Origin: Nanobdellota archaeon
GTDB taxonomy: Archaea > Nanobdellota > Nanobdellia > Pacearchaeales > GW2011-AR1
Direction: 5' to 3'
DNA: 57,486 bases
Assembly: GCA_038045985.1 (NCBI GenBank)
Contig: JBBSXA010000030.1
Span: forward strand, 1-57,486
Part shown: one piece after another, positions 16,829 to 26,658 of the stretch
Layout: each line of letters starts with the position of its first letter
Numbering within the stretch: the first letter of the stretch is position 1
The notes under the pieces: generated by a model
What the model was told of the DNA's origin: nothing
Database searches by the model: none
The model's input: only the letters and a program-made list of their open reading frames with translations
Position numbers and translations under genes: made by a program

Positions 16829-17881
16829 ATGCTAAGCAAGAAAAAGCTGTCTGAGATAAAGTCTCATTTGGAGAAGGCCCAAAATCCGATTTTCTTTTTT
16901 GACAATGATCAGGACGGGCTTTGCAGTTTTTTGCTTTTACAGAGAGCTTTTGGCAGAGGAAAAGGCGTTGCCATAAAATCTTTTCCAGATCTTAATGAAA
17001 GTTATTTCAGAAAAGTTGAAGAGCTTAATGCGGACTATATTTTTGTTTTGGACAAGCCAGTTATATCTGATAGTTTTTTGGAGAGAGTTAAAGAAAAGAA
17101 TATTCCTTTTGTTTGGATAGATCATCATGATGTTGAAGTTCAGAAGCTTGATTTTATTAATTATTATAATCCTTTTTTTGATGATGAAAATACTAATGAG
17201 CCGGTTACAGCAATTTGCTATGAAATCTCCAAGAGGAAGGAGGATATTTGGCTAGGGGTAGTGGGATGCATTGCTGATGGATTTCTCCCTTATTTTTACA
17301 GAGATTTTGCCAGAGAATATCCCGAATTGTCTTTTGAAAGCGATAAAGCTTTTGATGTTCTTTATAAGGCTAGGATTGGAGAGGTAGCAAGGATTTTTGG
17401 AGCTGGACTTAAGGATACAACAAGCAATGTTGTTGCCATGATTAAATTTTTGATTAAATCCAGAGGTCCTTATGATGCTCTTGAAGAAAATTCTCAAAAC
17501 CATAGTTTTCATAAAAGATATAAACAGGTTAGGGAGAGATACGGGCGAATTTTGGAAAAAGCAGTGCCTCTGGCCAAGTCTTCAGAGGATCTTGTCTTTT
17601 TCAAGTATTCAGGAGATATTAGCATTAGCGGAGAGCTATCTAATGAGCTTTGCTACCTTTTTCCAAAGAAAAAAATTGCTGTTGCTTATATTAAAGGAGG
17701 CAAGGTTAATCTTTCTTTAAGAGGAAAAGGAATTAGGAATATTTTTGTTGATGCTATAAACGGCTTTGATGGCGCTTCAGGCGGAGGGCATAGAGATGCT
17801 GTTGGCGGTCAGCTGCAGGAAAAAGATCTTGAGGATTTCAGGAAGAAGCTGGAATTCTTTGTTTCCAATGAATATAAATAG
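16829..17881 (+). CDS. DHH/DHHA1-family phosphoesterase (RecJ/NrnA/GdpP-like)
   Basis: DNDQDGLCS, WIDHHD (DHH), GGGHRDAVGG (DHHA1). The start is 2 nt after the disA stop. Confidence 0.8.
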   Translation: MLSKKKLSEIKSHLEKAQNPIFFFDNDQDGLCSFLLLQRAFGRGKGVAIKSFPDLNESYFRKVEELNADYIFVLDKPVISDSFLERVKEKNIPFVWIDHHDVEVQKLDFINYYNPFFDDENTNEPVTAICYEISKRKEDIWLGVVGCIADGFLPYFYRDFAREYPELSFESDKAFDVLYKARIGEVARIFGAGLKDTTSNVVAMIKFLIKSRGPYDALEENSQNHSFHKRYKQVRERYGRILEKAVPLAKSSEDLVFFKYSGDISISGELSNELCYLFPKKKIAVAYIKGGKVNLSLRGKGIRNIFVDAINGFDGASGGGHRDAVGGQLQEKDLEDFRKKLEFFVSNEYK

Positions 17882-18198
17882 TTCTGATGCCTTCATCTGC
17901 TATGGATTTATGGCTAGATTCAAGAATTTGCAAGTTTAATCTAGTTATTAAATCAATCATAAAATTTAAAACAATTTAATTCAGACTGCCTGAGTTAAGT
18001 TGAATGTTTCTTGATTACTCGGGTAGAGCCTGGATTTGCCCTAAAATGAAATTTGATGAAGAACAAGATAGAGAATACCTTGAAAGGGAATTAAGTTTGC
18101 TAATAGAAAGATCTTTGGATTTGGAAGCTGAAATTGACTTTATAATTGAGGATGGAGAGTGACTCAATCTATTTTAATTTCTATTTTTTTATAATAAA

Positions 18199-19650
18199 TC
18201 AATAGCTCTTGGCTACATAAACAACTTCTTCTGCTTTTTTATTGCAAATGATGCAATTTCCTGACGGCTTTTCTTTTTTGTCCGCTAGAATTCCGCGGAC
18301 ATAAGCGCCGATATCTTTTTCAATAATTTCGGCGCATTTTTCCCCCTGCTTTTCAATTGAGCAGAAATTTATTTTTGCTATTTTCTTGTCATCTATTGTT
18401 TTTTGGATTTCAGATTTTGTTTTGCAGTTTACTGTTTTTCCGTTCATGAATTTATCTGCTTTTTCCTTCAACCTTTTGTCATATTCTTCTCCAAGCTTCA
18501 CTAAATCTTTTAGTTTTGCAGTGGAAATTTTTTCTTTTCTTTCAGTATCTCTTGTAAAAAGAGTTAATTTTTTTTCTTTCAGCTCTTTGCCCCCTATTTC
18601 AAGCCTGAGTGGAACTCCTTTTAGCTCCCATCCATAGAATTTTTCCCCTGGGCGCTTTTCAGAGTTGTCTATTTCAACTTTAAGATTTAACTCCTCTAGT
18701 TCTTTCTTTATCTTTTCTGACTCATTTATGACTTTTGATTTGTTTTCTGAATCACAAATAGGAATTATTATAATCTGAATAGGAGAGATGCAGAAAGGCA
18801 GAACAAGGCCTTTGTTGTCTCCATGCATTGAAATTACTGAAGCTAAAATTCTTGATATTGCAGGTCCGTAGCAGGTTTGCCAGACATAATCCTCTTTTTC
18901 ATCTTTTGTTTTGAATTTTATGCCAAAAGCTTTTGAAAAATTCTGGCTTAGTAAATGAGTTGATGGCTGCTGTATTACTCTTCCGTCTGGCATTAGTGAA
19001 TCAGATCCTATTGTGTATTCTGCTCCTGGAAATTTATCCCATGAGGGTCTCTTTAATGCCAAAAATGGAATTCCATATTTTTGGTGCATTATTTCTTCCG
19101 TTGTTTGAATGTCTTCCTGGACTTGAGCTTCTGCTTCTTTTTTTGACGCAAAACAATCATGCGCTTCAATCCAGTAAAATTCTCTTCCTCTTATTAAAGG
19201 TCTTGTGGCTTTTGTTTCAAGCCTGAACACATTTGCTCTTTGATAAATTTTTAGAGGCAAATCTCTCCAAGATCTTATCCATAAAGAATACATTTGATAC
19301 ATTGATGTTTCACTTGTAGGTCTTAATGCTAATTTTTCTTCTCCTTGAACGTGCTCAAGCCAGAAGACATTTGGGCTAAATCCCTTGACATGAGACGCTT
19401 CTTTCTTGAAGTTTTTTTCAGGGATAACTATTGGGAAGAATGAAGGCTTATGATTTTTTTTTTGGAGAGCTTTTTCATATAATTCGTACATATTTTCTAT
19501 TGTCATTGCTCCCCATGGTCTTATGACAACAAAACCTTTAACATCAAACCTTATGTCAGTTATTTCTGCTTTTTCAAGAATTTGGGAATACCACTCTGAG
19601 AAGTTTTCCTCTTTCTTGACAGTGAGGCCTTCTTGAGATTTTTGCGCCAT
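18199..19650 (-). CDS. proS: prolyl-tRNA synthetase, archaeal/eukaryotic type
   Basis: FSEWYSQILEKAEITDIRFDVKG, LRPTSETSMY, C-terminal zinc-binding-type domain ending in Y. Confidence 0.93.
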   Translation of the reverse strand: MAQKSQEGLTVKKEENFSEWYSQILEKAEITDIRFDVKGFVVIRPWGAMTIENMYELYEKALQKKNHKPSFFPIVIPEKNFKKEASHVKGFSPNVFWLEHVQGEEKLALRPTSETSMYQMYSLWIRSWRDLPLKIYQRANVFRLETKATRPLIRGREFYWIEAHDCFASKKEAEAQVQEDIQTTEEIMHQKYGIPFLALKRPSWDKFPGAEYTIGSDSLMPDGRVIQQPSTHLLSQNFSKAFGIKFKTKDEKEDYVWQTCYGPAISRILASVISMHGDNKGLVLPFCISPIQIIIIPICDSENKSKVINESEKIKKELEELNLKVEIDNSEKRPGEKFYGWELKGVPLRLEIGGKELKEKKLTLFTRDTERKEKISTAKLKDLVKLGEEYDKRLKEKADKFMNGKTVNCKTKSEIQKTIDDKKIAKINFCSIEKQGEKCAEIIEKDIGAYVRGILADKKEKPSGNCIICNKKAEEVVYVAKSY

Positions 19651-19760
19651 ATACTCTAGAAATAATTGGGGTTTATTAAATTAAGGTTTGGCGATTTTCC
19701 AGAGAAGGTTAAAGTGTTTTCTTTGAGATTCAGATAATGATTTACTTTTTATTTTATTAA

Positions 19761-20660
19761 TCAAACTAAAGTCTGATTCAAGAATTGTGTAGAGATATCA
19801 TTCACAGCCTCTTTTATGTAGTTGCTTTCAAGAGCAAATCCCAGACTTTCTCCTGATCCTATTTTAAAATTATTTATTCCTATTACTTTGCCTTCTTTGT
19901 TTATTAAAGGGCCTCCTGAATTTCCTGGATTCAAGGCAGCATCTGTCTGAATATATGCCTCTATTCCATTTATCCCCTCCCTGTGAACGCCTGAAACTAT
20001 TCCTTGAGAGACAGAGAATTGGAGCCCTAAAGGGTTTCCTATTGCAATTACTTTTTCACCTATCTGGGCTTCATCAGAATCTCCAAGCTTTAATTTTTTA
20101 TATGTTCCGGGTATTTTTAACAATGCTACATCAAGCTGCGCGTTATATCCTACTAACTCTGCAGGGATTATCTCCTGTGCATAGCTTATTGCATAGACTT
20201 CTTTTCCACCTGACAAAACATGGGCATTTGTCACCAAATAACCGTTGTCAGTCAGTATAAATCCTGTTCCTTGCCCGACATCTGTCCTTATTGTAACAAC
20301 AGCGGGAATTGTTGATTCAATTATTCCTGAAAAATCCTCTCCTGCAGAAGCTTTCAATAAATCTATTTCTGATTTTACTGATTCATTTATAGAGCTTATC
20401 GAGCTTTGTATTTGAAGCACACTTGTTGCCAAGTCATTCATCTTTCTCTGAGTGTCTGATTGAAGCTGATTTATTTTGCCATTTACTTCATCATTATTCA
20501 GCGTTTGCTTAACAATTATTCCATTGAGAAATATTGCTGTTACTATCATGTATATCACTATAATTGAGGTAAAGCTTCCTATGAATATTTTATGGTGTTT
20601 TTTTAAAGCAATGTGCTGAACAGGCTGTGATGGAATAATCTCTCTTTTGTATGCTGGCAT
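19761..20660 (-). CDS. membrane-anchored trypsin-like (S1C/HtrA-type) serine protease without a PDZ domain
   Basis: TNAHV (His), DVALLK (Asp), GNSGGPLIN (Ser). There is an N-terminal TM and a coiled coil. The first ATG is at 20660. Confidence 0.8.
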   Translation of the reverse strand: MPAYKREIIPSQPVQHIALKKHHKIFIGSFTSIIVIYMIVTAIFLNGIIVKQTLNNDEVNGKINQLQSDTQRKMNDLATSVLQIQSSISSINESVKSEIDLLKASAGEDFSGIIESTIPAVVTIRTDVGQGTGFILTDNGYLVTNAHVLSGGKEVYAISYAQEIIPAELVGYNAQLDVALLKIPGTYKKLKLGDSDEAQIGEKVIAIGNPLGLQFSVSQGIVSGVHREGINGIEAYIQTDAALNPGNSGGPLINKEGKVIGINNFKIGSGESLGFALESNYIKEAVNDISTQFLNQTLV

Positions 20661-20795
20661 TGAAAACAACCTACGGTTTTTTTCGATTTTCCTCAATTTG
20701 CAATTTATGTCGATTTCTAATTGCCTCAGAGGAAATCGCGTAGACTCTCCTTTTTGCTTATTAGATAAAAGAGTATTTAAAATTTGGGAATTTTA

Positions 20796-20867
20796 TGAGC
20801 CTGCCAGGATTCGAACCTAGATCAACGGGGCCGAAACCCGTCATTCTATCCATTGAACTACAGGCCC
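20796..20867 (-). tRNA. tRNA-Arg (anticodon UCG)
   Basis: Minus strand: GGGCCTG TA GTTC AATGGATA GAAT G ACGGG TTTCGGC CCCGT TGAT CTAGG TTCGAAT CCTGG CAGGCTC A. Confidence 0.85.
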
Positions 20868-20962
20868 TTAATAATTTAATAATGATTAGGTTTTTATACT
20901 TTAGGAAAAATCAACGCCGTTTTATAGAGAAGATTTTTATACTTTCGTCTTTTCTTTTTAAC

Positions 20963-22228
20963 ATGAAAATCTCAAAAGGAGCTAAATCAGGAGATTATGT
21001 AGAAGTGCATCTTGGAAAGCTGATTTATGAGGGTGTTTTGCTTGAGAGTTCTGAAGATGAAAAGGATGTTGTTTTGCTGAAGCTTGACAATGGCTATAAT
21101 CTAGGATTTAATAAAAAAGATGTTCTTGAAGTAAAATTGATTAAGAAAGGTGAAGAAAAAAAAGGAAAAATTGAATTAAGGAAAGATTCTGAAAAGCCGA
21201 TTGTTGCCTTGATTATGACTGGAGGAACTATTGTCAACAGGCTTGACCCTAAAAGGGGAGGCGTCAGCCCTTTAACTTCTCCTGAAGATTTTTTTACTTT
21301 TTACCCTGAGATTTTTGAAATCATAAGTCCTAGAATTGAAATGCCTTTTATGAAAGCTTCAGAAGATATGGACTTCAAGGATTGGCAGAAAATTGCAAAA
21401 GTTGTTGAGAAGCATCTTAATGATCCTCATGTCAAAGGAATAATGATTACTCACGGGACAGATACTTTACATTACACTTCTTCTGCTTTGAGCTTTTTTC
21501 TTGGAAAAGTGAATAAGCCTGTGGTTTTGACTTATAGCCAGAAAAGTTCCGACAGGGCTTCAAGCGATGCCAACATGAATTTAAATTGCGCTGCTCTGGC
21601 TGCTATTTCAGACATTGCTGAAGTGATGCTTGTTGGGCATGCTTCTATGAGCGATGATTTTTGCTACGCAATGCCTGGAGCAAAAGTCAGGAAGCTTCAT
21701 ACTTCAAGAAGAGATGCCTTTAAAGTTGTGAATGGAAAGCCTTTTGCAAAAATAAAAGATGAGGTTGAGATTCTTAGAAGTTTTAACAGAAGAAGCAGTA
21801 ATAAGATTAAGGCTGATACAAATTTTGAAGAAAAGGTCGCTTTGATTAAATTTTATCCCGGGCAGGATACTGAGATTCTTGACTATTATACAAAGAAAGG
21901 ATATAAAGGGATTGTTGTTGAGGCTCTTGGATTAGGGCATGTTTCTGTTAATGGAAGAAAATCTTGGATTAAAAAATTGAAAGAAGTTCAGAAAAAAATG
22001 ATTGTTTGCTTTGCCGCCCAGACAATTTATGGAAGATTAGATTCTTATGTTTACAGTAATTTAAGAGATATAGCTAAGACAGGAGTTATTTATCTTGAAG
22101 ACATGCTTGCTGAAACCGCTTTTGTGAAGCTGGGATTTGTATTAGCAAAAACAACGAATAAAGAAGAAGTAAAAAGATTAATGCTTACAAATATGGTTGG
22201 GGAATTGAATGAGAGATTGGAGGAATAA
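20963..22228 (+). CDS. gatD: Glu-tRNA(Gln) amidotransferase subunit D
   Basis: Asparaginase-like motifs MTGGTIV and THGTDTLHYTSSALSF. The start is moved to the ATG at 20963 because the track ORF start overlaps tRNA-Arg. Confidence 0.9.
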   Translation: MKISKGAKSGDYVEVHLGKLIYEGVLLESSEDEKDVVLLKLDNGYNLGFNKKDVLEVKLIKKGEEKKGKIELRKDSEKPIVALIMTGGTIVNRLDPKRGGVSPLTSPEDFFTFYPEIFEIISPRIEMPFMKASEDMDFKDWQKIAKVVEKHLNDPHVKGIMITHGTDTLHYTSSALSFFLGKVNKPVVLTYSQKSSDRASSDANMNLNCAALAAISDIAEVMLVGHASMSDDFCYAMPGAKVRKLHTSRRDAFKVVNGKPFAKIKDEVEILRSFNRRSSNKIKADTNFEEKVALIKFYPGQDTEILDYYTKKGYKGIVVEALGLGHVSVNGRKSWIKKLKEVQKKMIVCFAAQTIYGRLDSYVYSNLRDIAKTGVIYLEDMLAETAFVKLGFVLAKTTNKEEVKRLMLTNMVGELNERLEE

Positions 22229-22260
22229 AGATATAAAAACTTTAAGAGTTCTATATTTTT

Positions 22261-22860
22261 ATGGAATACGATTCTGAGAAGAGAGAAATAAAGCTTGATA
22301 GAGAATTAAGTAACTTAGACAAATTCGCAATTGAATTTACAGAAACACTTGGAAAGCACGTTGATTATGTCATTGTTGCAGGCTATATTTCTATTTTGCT
22401 TGGAAGGGTTAGAATTACTGAAGATATTGATGTGTTTATAAGAAGATTTAATTTTGAAGAGTTCTTGAAACTTTATGAAGATCTGAGAAAAAATGGATTT
22501 TGGTGCATTAATGCTGAAAAAGATAGAGATATTTTTAATTATTTAAAAGATGGTTTGGCTGTAAGATTTTCTTATGAAGGAACTTCTCTCCCTAATTTTG
22601 AAGTAAAATTTCCCAAAGATGAGCTTGATGAACAGGTTTTTGGCGATTTTATTACAGTAGTTATTCATGGTAAAAAATTAATTATTTCTTCGCTTGAGAG
22701 AAATATTGCCTTTAAGAGATACTTCTTGGGGTCTGATAAAGATATTGAGGATGCTATTCACCTTGAAAAAATGTTTAAAGGACAGATTAACAATGAAAAA
22801 ATTAATAAAGTAAAAGCACTTATTGAAGCAAGAAGAAAATGGAAAATAAAAAAAGTATAA
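22261..22860 (+). CDS. hypothetical protein, possibly a nucleotidyltransferase fold (AbiEii/DUF6036-like)
   Basis: VIVAGYISILLGRVRITEDIDVFI resembles the GG..R.T.D.D signature; recognition is weak. Confidence 0.4.
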   Translation: MEYDSEKREIKLDRELSNLDKFAIEFTETLGKHVDYVIVAGYISILLGRVRITEDIDVFIRRFNFEEFLKLYEDLRKNGFWCINAEKDRDIFNYLKDGLAVRFSYEGTSLPNFEVKFPKDELDEQVFGDFITVVIHGKKLIISSLERNIAFKRYFLGSDKDIEDAIHLEKMFKGQINNEKINKVKALIEARRKWKIKKV

Positions 22861-23057
22861 AAAGTAAAAGGCTGTTTATGAAGCCAGGAAAAACAAATAA
22901 AGAGGATAGAATAAATTTCGTTAAATTTTGGGTTAAAAATATGAAACAGATGTCAGATAAAGAATGGAGTAGGCAACAGAATATGTTGATTGATTCTGTA
23001 ATTAAAATTAATAAAGGCAAACAGAATGTTCTTATTGATTCTCAGATTAGAGATTAA
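22839..23057 (+). CDS. small hypothetical protein
   Basis: ATG ORF overlapping the previous gene by 22 nt. Confidence 0.3.
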   Translation: MENKKSIKSKRLFMKPGKTNKEDRINFVKFWVKNMKQMSDKEWSRQQNMLIDSVIKINKGKQNVLIDSQIRD

Positions 23058-23084
23058 AAAAGAATGAAAAAAATTTATTAGATT

Positions 23085-23411
23085 TTGGTTGGCACAATTG
23101 TTGTATTGTTAATTTTAGGGGTTATTTTGATGAAAGGTATTTTTACTCCCTCGAATGAAGGTCCTTCTCCTGTTGAGTTAATTAAGGCTAAAGATCTTTA
23201 CAATCAAAAAAAGCCTGAGGGAATGCAGTTTGACAGCCAATGCTTGGGTGTAATTGAAGTTATTAATGGGGTATATGCTGTTGATATTGTTCATGTTCCG
23301 AGAAGTTCTGTTGATAATCTTCCTGAAAATCAATGTGAATTATATAGAAATGGGAGTGTTGGTCGTTTTATTGAACTAGACAAAGATGGGAATGTTGTTA
23401 GAGGAGGCTAA
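23085..23411 (+). CDS. hypothetical N-terminally anchored or secreted protein
   Basis: TTG start and an N-terminal hydrophobic helix. Confidence 0.4.
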   Translation: MVGTIVVLLILGVILMKGIFTPSNEGPSPVELIKAKDLYNQKKPEGMQFDSQCLGVIEVINGVYAVDIVHVPRSSVDNLPENQCELYRNGSVGRFIELDKDGNVVRGG

Positions 23412-23789
23412 TCACTTCAGCTTCTTCTCAATCCTGTCAAGCTGTTTTTTCATTTCTTCAATTTCCCTTTCTGCTTTTCTGTTGACAGCATAATCATACT
23501 CTGATTTTAATCGGTCTGTATGAGCTTGCCTATTTTGAGACATTAAGATGATTGGCGCTTGAAGCGCTGCAATGCATGAAAGAACAAGGTTTAAAAGAAT
23601 AAATGGATAAGGGTCCCATTTTTCAATCCAAGCATAAACATTTACTAAAATCCAAAAAGTTAAAAATATTAGGAAAGTTATTATGAATATCCAGCTTCCA
23701 ACCCCTTTTGTTAATTTATCAGCCGCTCTCTGGCCGTATGTTCTCTGCTTGTGAATAATTGAATGTATTGGAGACTCTTCCTTTTGCAT
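23412..23789 (-). CDS. DUF1003-family membrane protein
   Basis: WDPYPFILLNLVLSCIAALQAPIILMSQNRQ is a family-typical motif. Confidence 0.7.
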   Translation of the reverse strand: MQKEESPIHSIIHKQRTYGQRAADKLTKGVGSWIFIITFLIFLTFWILVNVYAWIEKWDPYPFILLNLVLSCIAALQAPIILMSQNRQAHTDRLKSEYDYAVNRKAEREIEEMKKQLDRIEKKLK

Positions 23790-23897
23790 ATTGATAAATG
23801 ACTGAATAAGATTATAAAGTTTAGCCCTATTTTTGATTGTTCTATTGTAACTTATAAGGGGTTACAAAATGGAAAGATTTATAAACTCGTTATCTCA

Positions 23898-24341
23898 ATG
23901 TTTTGTATGGAATTTGAAAATATAAATGAAGAGGCTTTTTCCGATTTGGAAAAGCCCAGAAAAACCAGAAATACCCCTGAAAGCGACGTAATTCAGAAGA
24001 TAGGCAAAGAAAGAGTGACTTCTCTTAAAAATTTTATTTTAGAGCTTAATATTCTTATTGAAGAAAGGGAAAAGCTGAGCAGGATGATTACTTCTGAAGT
24101 TGAAAAAATAAAGATGGAAGTGGATAATTTTCTTAAGAATAACACTTCTTTTGATGCTGACGGCTTTAGGGAAAGAAATGGCTTGAGGCTGAAGCAGATA
24201 GAAGTTTCTGAACTGGAATTAAATGAAAAGGTCAATTGCTGGAGAGATGTTGCTTTGCTCAAAAAGGAATTAAGAGAAAGGCAGAAAGAGCTTAGCGAGA
24301 AACAGGAAAGAGTTTCTATGTTTGACCAGATTTTGAAATAA
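23898..24341 (+). CDS. hypothetical coiled-coil protein
   Basis: Charged heptad-like sequence. Its stop is 1 nt before the ATPase start, suggesting translational coupling. Confidence 0.55.
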   Translation: MFCMEFENINEEAFSDLEKPRKTRNTPESDVIQKIGKERVTSLKNFILELNILIEEREKLSRMITSEVEKIKMEVDNFLKNNTSFDADGFRERNGLRLKQIEVSELELNEKVNCWRDVALLKKELRERQKELSEKQERVSMFDQILK

Positions 24342-24342
24342 A

Positions 24343-26658
24343 ATGCTGCAGCAGAGATTAACAATTGAAGATCTTTGCAGGAAGCTGAGGCCCGTATTTG
24401 GAAAAAAGATAGATGATATTTATCTTAGATATGCCATGGCAGAGTCTAGAGAAGAAAAGGAAGATATTATGCATATGATCAGCGCGCTTTACAGTAAAAA
24501 CCTGAATAAACTTCTTGATAACCAGATACTTTTGGAGCCGCCTAATGAGGATGCTCTGGATGGAGACTATCATTTGGCCGATGTTAGCTATGCTGGAAAA
24601 AAGATATTCTCATTCAATCTTAGAGAAAAAGACTGGTCTAGGCATGTTTGCATAAGCGGAATGAGTGGAAGCGGAAAAACTACCTTGGCTTTTAACATTC
24701 TTCAGACTTTTATTGATCATGATAAGCCTTTTTTAGTTTTTGACTGGAAAAAAAGCTTTAGACCTTTGCTTTTAGCAAGCCAGGAAGTTGTTTGTTTTAC
24801 AATAGGAGATGAATCTGCAAGCAATATGTTTAAAACAAATATAAACAGGCCTCCTAAAGGGATTGACCCTAAAGAATGGATAAATGTTTTGTGTGATCTT
24901 ATTATTGAAAGTTTTTCAGCTTCTTTTGGTGTTCATAAAGTCTTGCTTGAGACTCTTGATGAGGCTTTTGAGCATTTTGGAGTTTATAATGGGTCTGACA
25001 ACTACCCTACATGGAACAATATTAAATGGTATCTTGATCAGAAAATAGAGAAGACAAAAGGAAGAGAAGCAGGATGGCTTGAAAGCGCCCTCAGAATAGT
25101 GAGCGTTTTGACTTTTGGAAACTTTGGAAAAGTCTGCAACAGCAAAGAGAAAGGAGTGCTTTCCGTTGAAGATCTTCTTAACAAGAAAGTTGTTTTTGAG
25201 CTGAATGCCCTTAGCAATATAGAGAAAAAGTTTTTCTGCGAGTTTGTCCTTACATACATTTACAAGCTTAAGAAAGCAAGACAAAAAAATTCTGAGAGCA
25301 AGTTCGTCCATGCAATTGTTGTGGATGAAGCGCATAATATTTTTCTCAAAGGAAATCCTCATTTTACAAAAGAATCTGTAACAGACATGATATACAGAGA
25401 AATGAGAGAATACGGAACAAGCCTTATCTGTTTGGACCAGCACATCTCAAAATTAAGCGATACTGTTAAGGGAAACAGCGCTTGCAACATTGCCTTCCAG
25501 CAGCAGCTTTCCCAGGATATTTATGATATAAGCGGACTGACACAATTGAGAGATCAGCAGCAGTTTTTTTCCATGCTTCCAGTCGGGTCTGCGATAGTCA
25601 AGCTTTCTGAAAGATACACTTCGCCGTTTTTGATTGAAGTTCATAATGCTGAGCTTAGGGGAAAAACAGTCACAGATGAAGAGGTTAAGAGCAGAGCAGA
25701 GTTTCATATTATGGGAATTAGCGTTGAGAAGGAAGCCGATAAAGAGTTCAACGATGCTTTAATTGGCAGGAAAACCATGGAAAATCCCGTTAAAAGAAAA
25801 GAAGTTAGCATCGAAGATATTAAGCACGATAGAACTGTTTTCAAAGCTGAGGATATTCTTCCTTTAGATGATGGAGGAATTGTTTATGAAGTTATCAATG
25901 AACCTCTTGGAGGAAGTTTCCCAAAAAGAGCGAACAACGAGTTCCTTGCCAATGAACCTTCTGGAGGAGTGTTTCCAAGAGCAGATTCTGAAATTCTTGC
26001 TGATGAATATTTTGGGAAAATGTTTCCAAAAACTAACGAAGTTCCAAAACCAGTATTTGCAATAAATCAAAATTTTGAAAGTGTTCCAAGAGCAGAAATA
26101 ATTGTTAATAAAATTTTTGAAAATAAAGAAGATGATGTTTTTTATGAACTTAAAAAGATGGCTTACGGTATTTCTTTGACTCCTAGACAAGAGGTTTTAT
26201 TTGATTATATAAAAGGAAGAGTTAAGCTAGGCGACAGTTTAAAGGAACTTGAAAATACTCTTTTGTTCTACAAACAGGAAGGCAATTATAAAGCTGAAGA
26301 TGTTTTTGTTGCTGTAAATCATTATCTGTCGAGCAAGCTTGCTAATCTTTTTCCAAGCAATAAAAAGGAAGAGAAAGCATATTCTCAAATTGTTACCCCT
26401 ATAAAGAGTCGAAAGATTTATAAAGAAAATCATTCTAGAATAACTGGCAGTTCAGCGTCTGACGAGGAAAGAGTAATCTCTTTTCTGAGCGCTAATCCTG
26501 GAAAGGATTTTGGCACGGTTGAGCTGTACAAAGAGCTTGGATTGTCTTCAAGGAAAGGAAACAAGATTAAGAATGAATTGCTTGAGAGAAAGATTATAAT
26601 CATAGAAGAAAAGAAAAATGACAAAGGCTGGAAAAAAATTATTGCATTGGCAAAGTAG
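24343..26658 (+). CDS. HerA/DUF87-type (VirB4/CedB-like) P-loop ATPase with a C-terminal winged-helix domain
   Basis: RHVCISGMSGSGKTTLAFNIL (Walker A), PFLVFDWKKSF, AIVVDEAHNIF (Walker B), ICLDQHISKLS. The C-terminal tail is wHTH-like (SFLSANPGKDFGTVELYKELGLSSRKGNKIKNELLERKII). Confidence 0.75.
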   Translation: MLQQRLTIEDLCRKLRPVFGKKIDDIYLRYAMAESREEKEDIMHMISALYSKNLNKLLDNQILLEPPNEDALDGDYHLADVSYAGKKIFSFNLREKDWSRHVCISGMSGSGKTTLAFNILQTFIDHDKPFLVFDWKKSFRPLLLASQEVVCFTIGDESASNMFKTNINRPPKGIDPKEWINVLCDLIIESFSASFGVHKVLLETLDEAFEHFGVYNGSDNYPTWNNIKWYLDQKIEKTKGREAGWLESALRIVSVLTFGNFGKVCNSKEKGVLSVEDLLNKKVVFELNALSNIEKKFFCEFVLTYIYKLKKARQKNSESKFVHAIVVDEAHNIFLKGNPHFTKESVTDMIYREMREYGTSLICLDQHISKLSDTVKGNSACNIAFQQQLSQDIYDISGLTQLRDQQQFFSMLPVGSAIVKLSERYTSPFLIEVHNAELRGKTVTDEEVKSRAEFHIMGISVEKEADKEFNDALIGRKTMENPVKRKEVSIEDIKHDRTVFKAEDILPLDDGGIVYEVINEPLGGSFPKRANNEFLANEPSGGVFPRADSEILADEYFGKMFPKTNEVPKPVFAINQNFESVPRAEIIVNKIFENKEDDVFYELKKMAYGISLTPRQEVLFDYIKGRVKLGDSLKELENTLLFYKQEGNYKAEDVFVAVNHYLSSKLANLFPSNKKEEKAYSQIVTPIKSRKIYKENHSRITGSSASDEERVISFLSANPGKDFGTVELYKELGLSSRKGNKIKNELLERKIIIIEEKKNDKGWKKIIALAK

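Noticed and set aside
20795-20962. The N-terminal 56 codons of track ORF 20795..22228.
   Set aside because: This stretch overlaps tRNA-Arg on the opposite strand and has no GatD similarity. GatD homology begins at the ATG at 20963.
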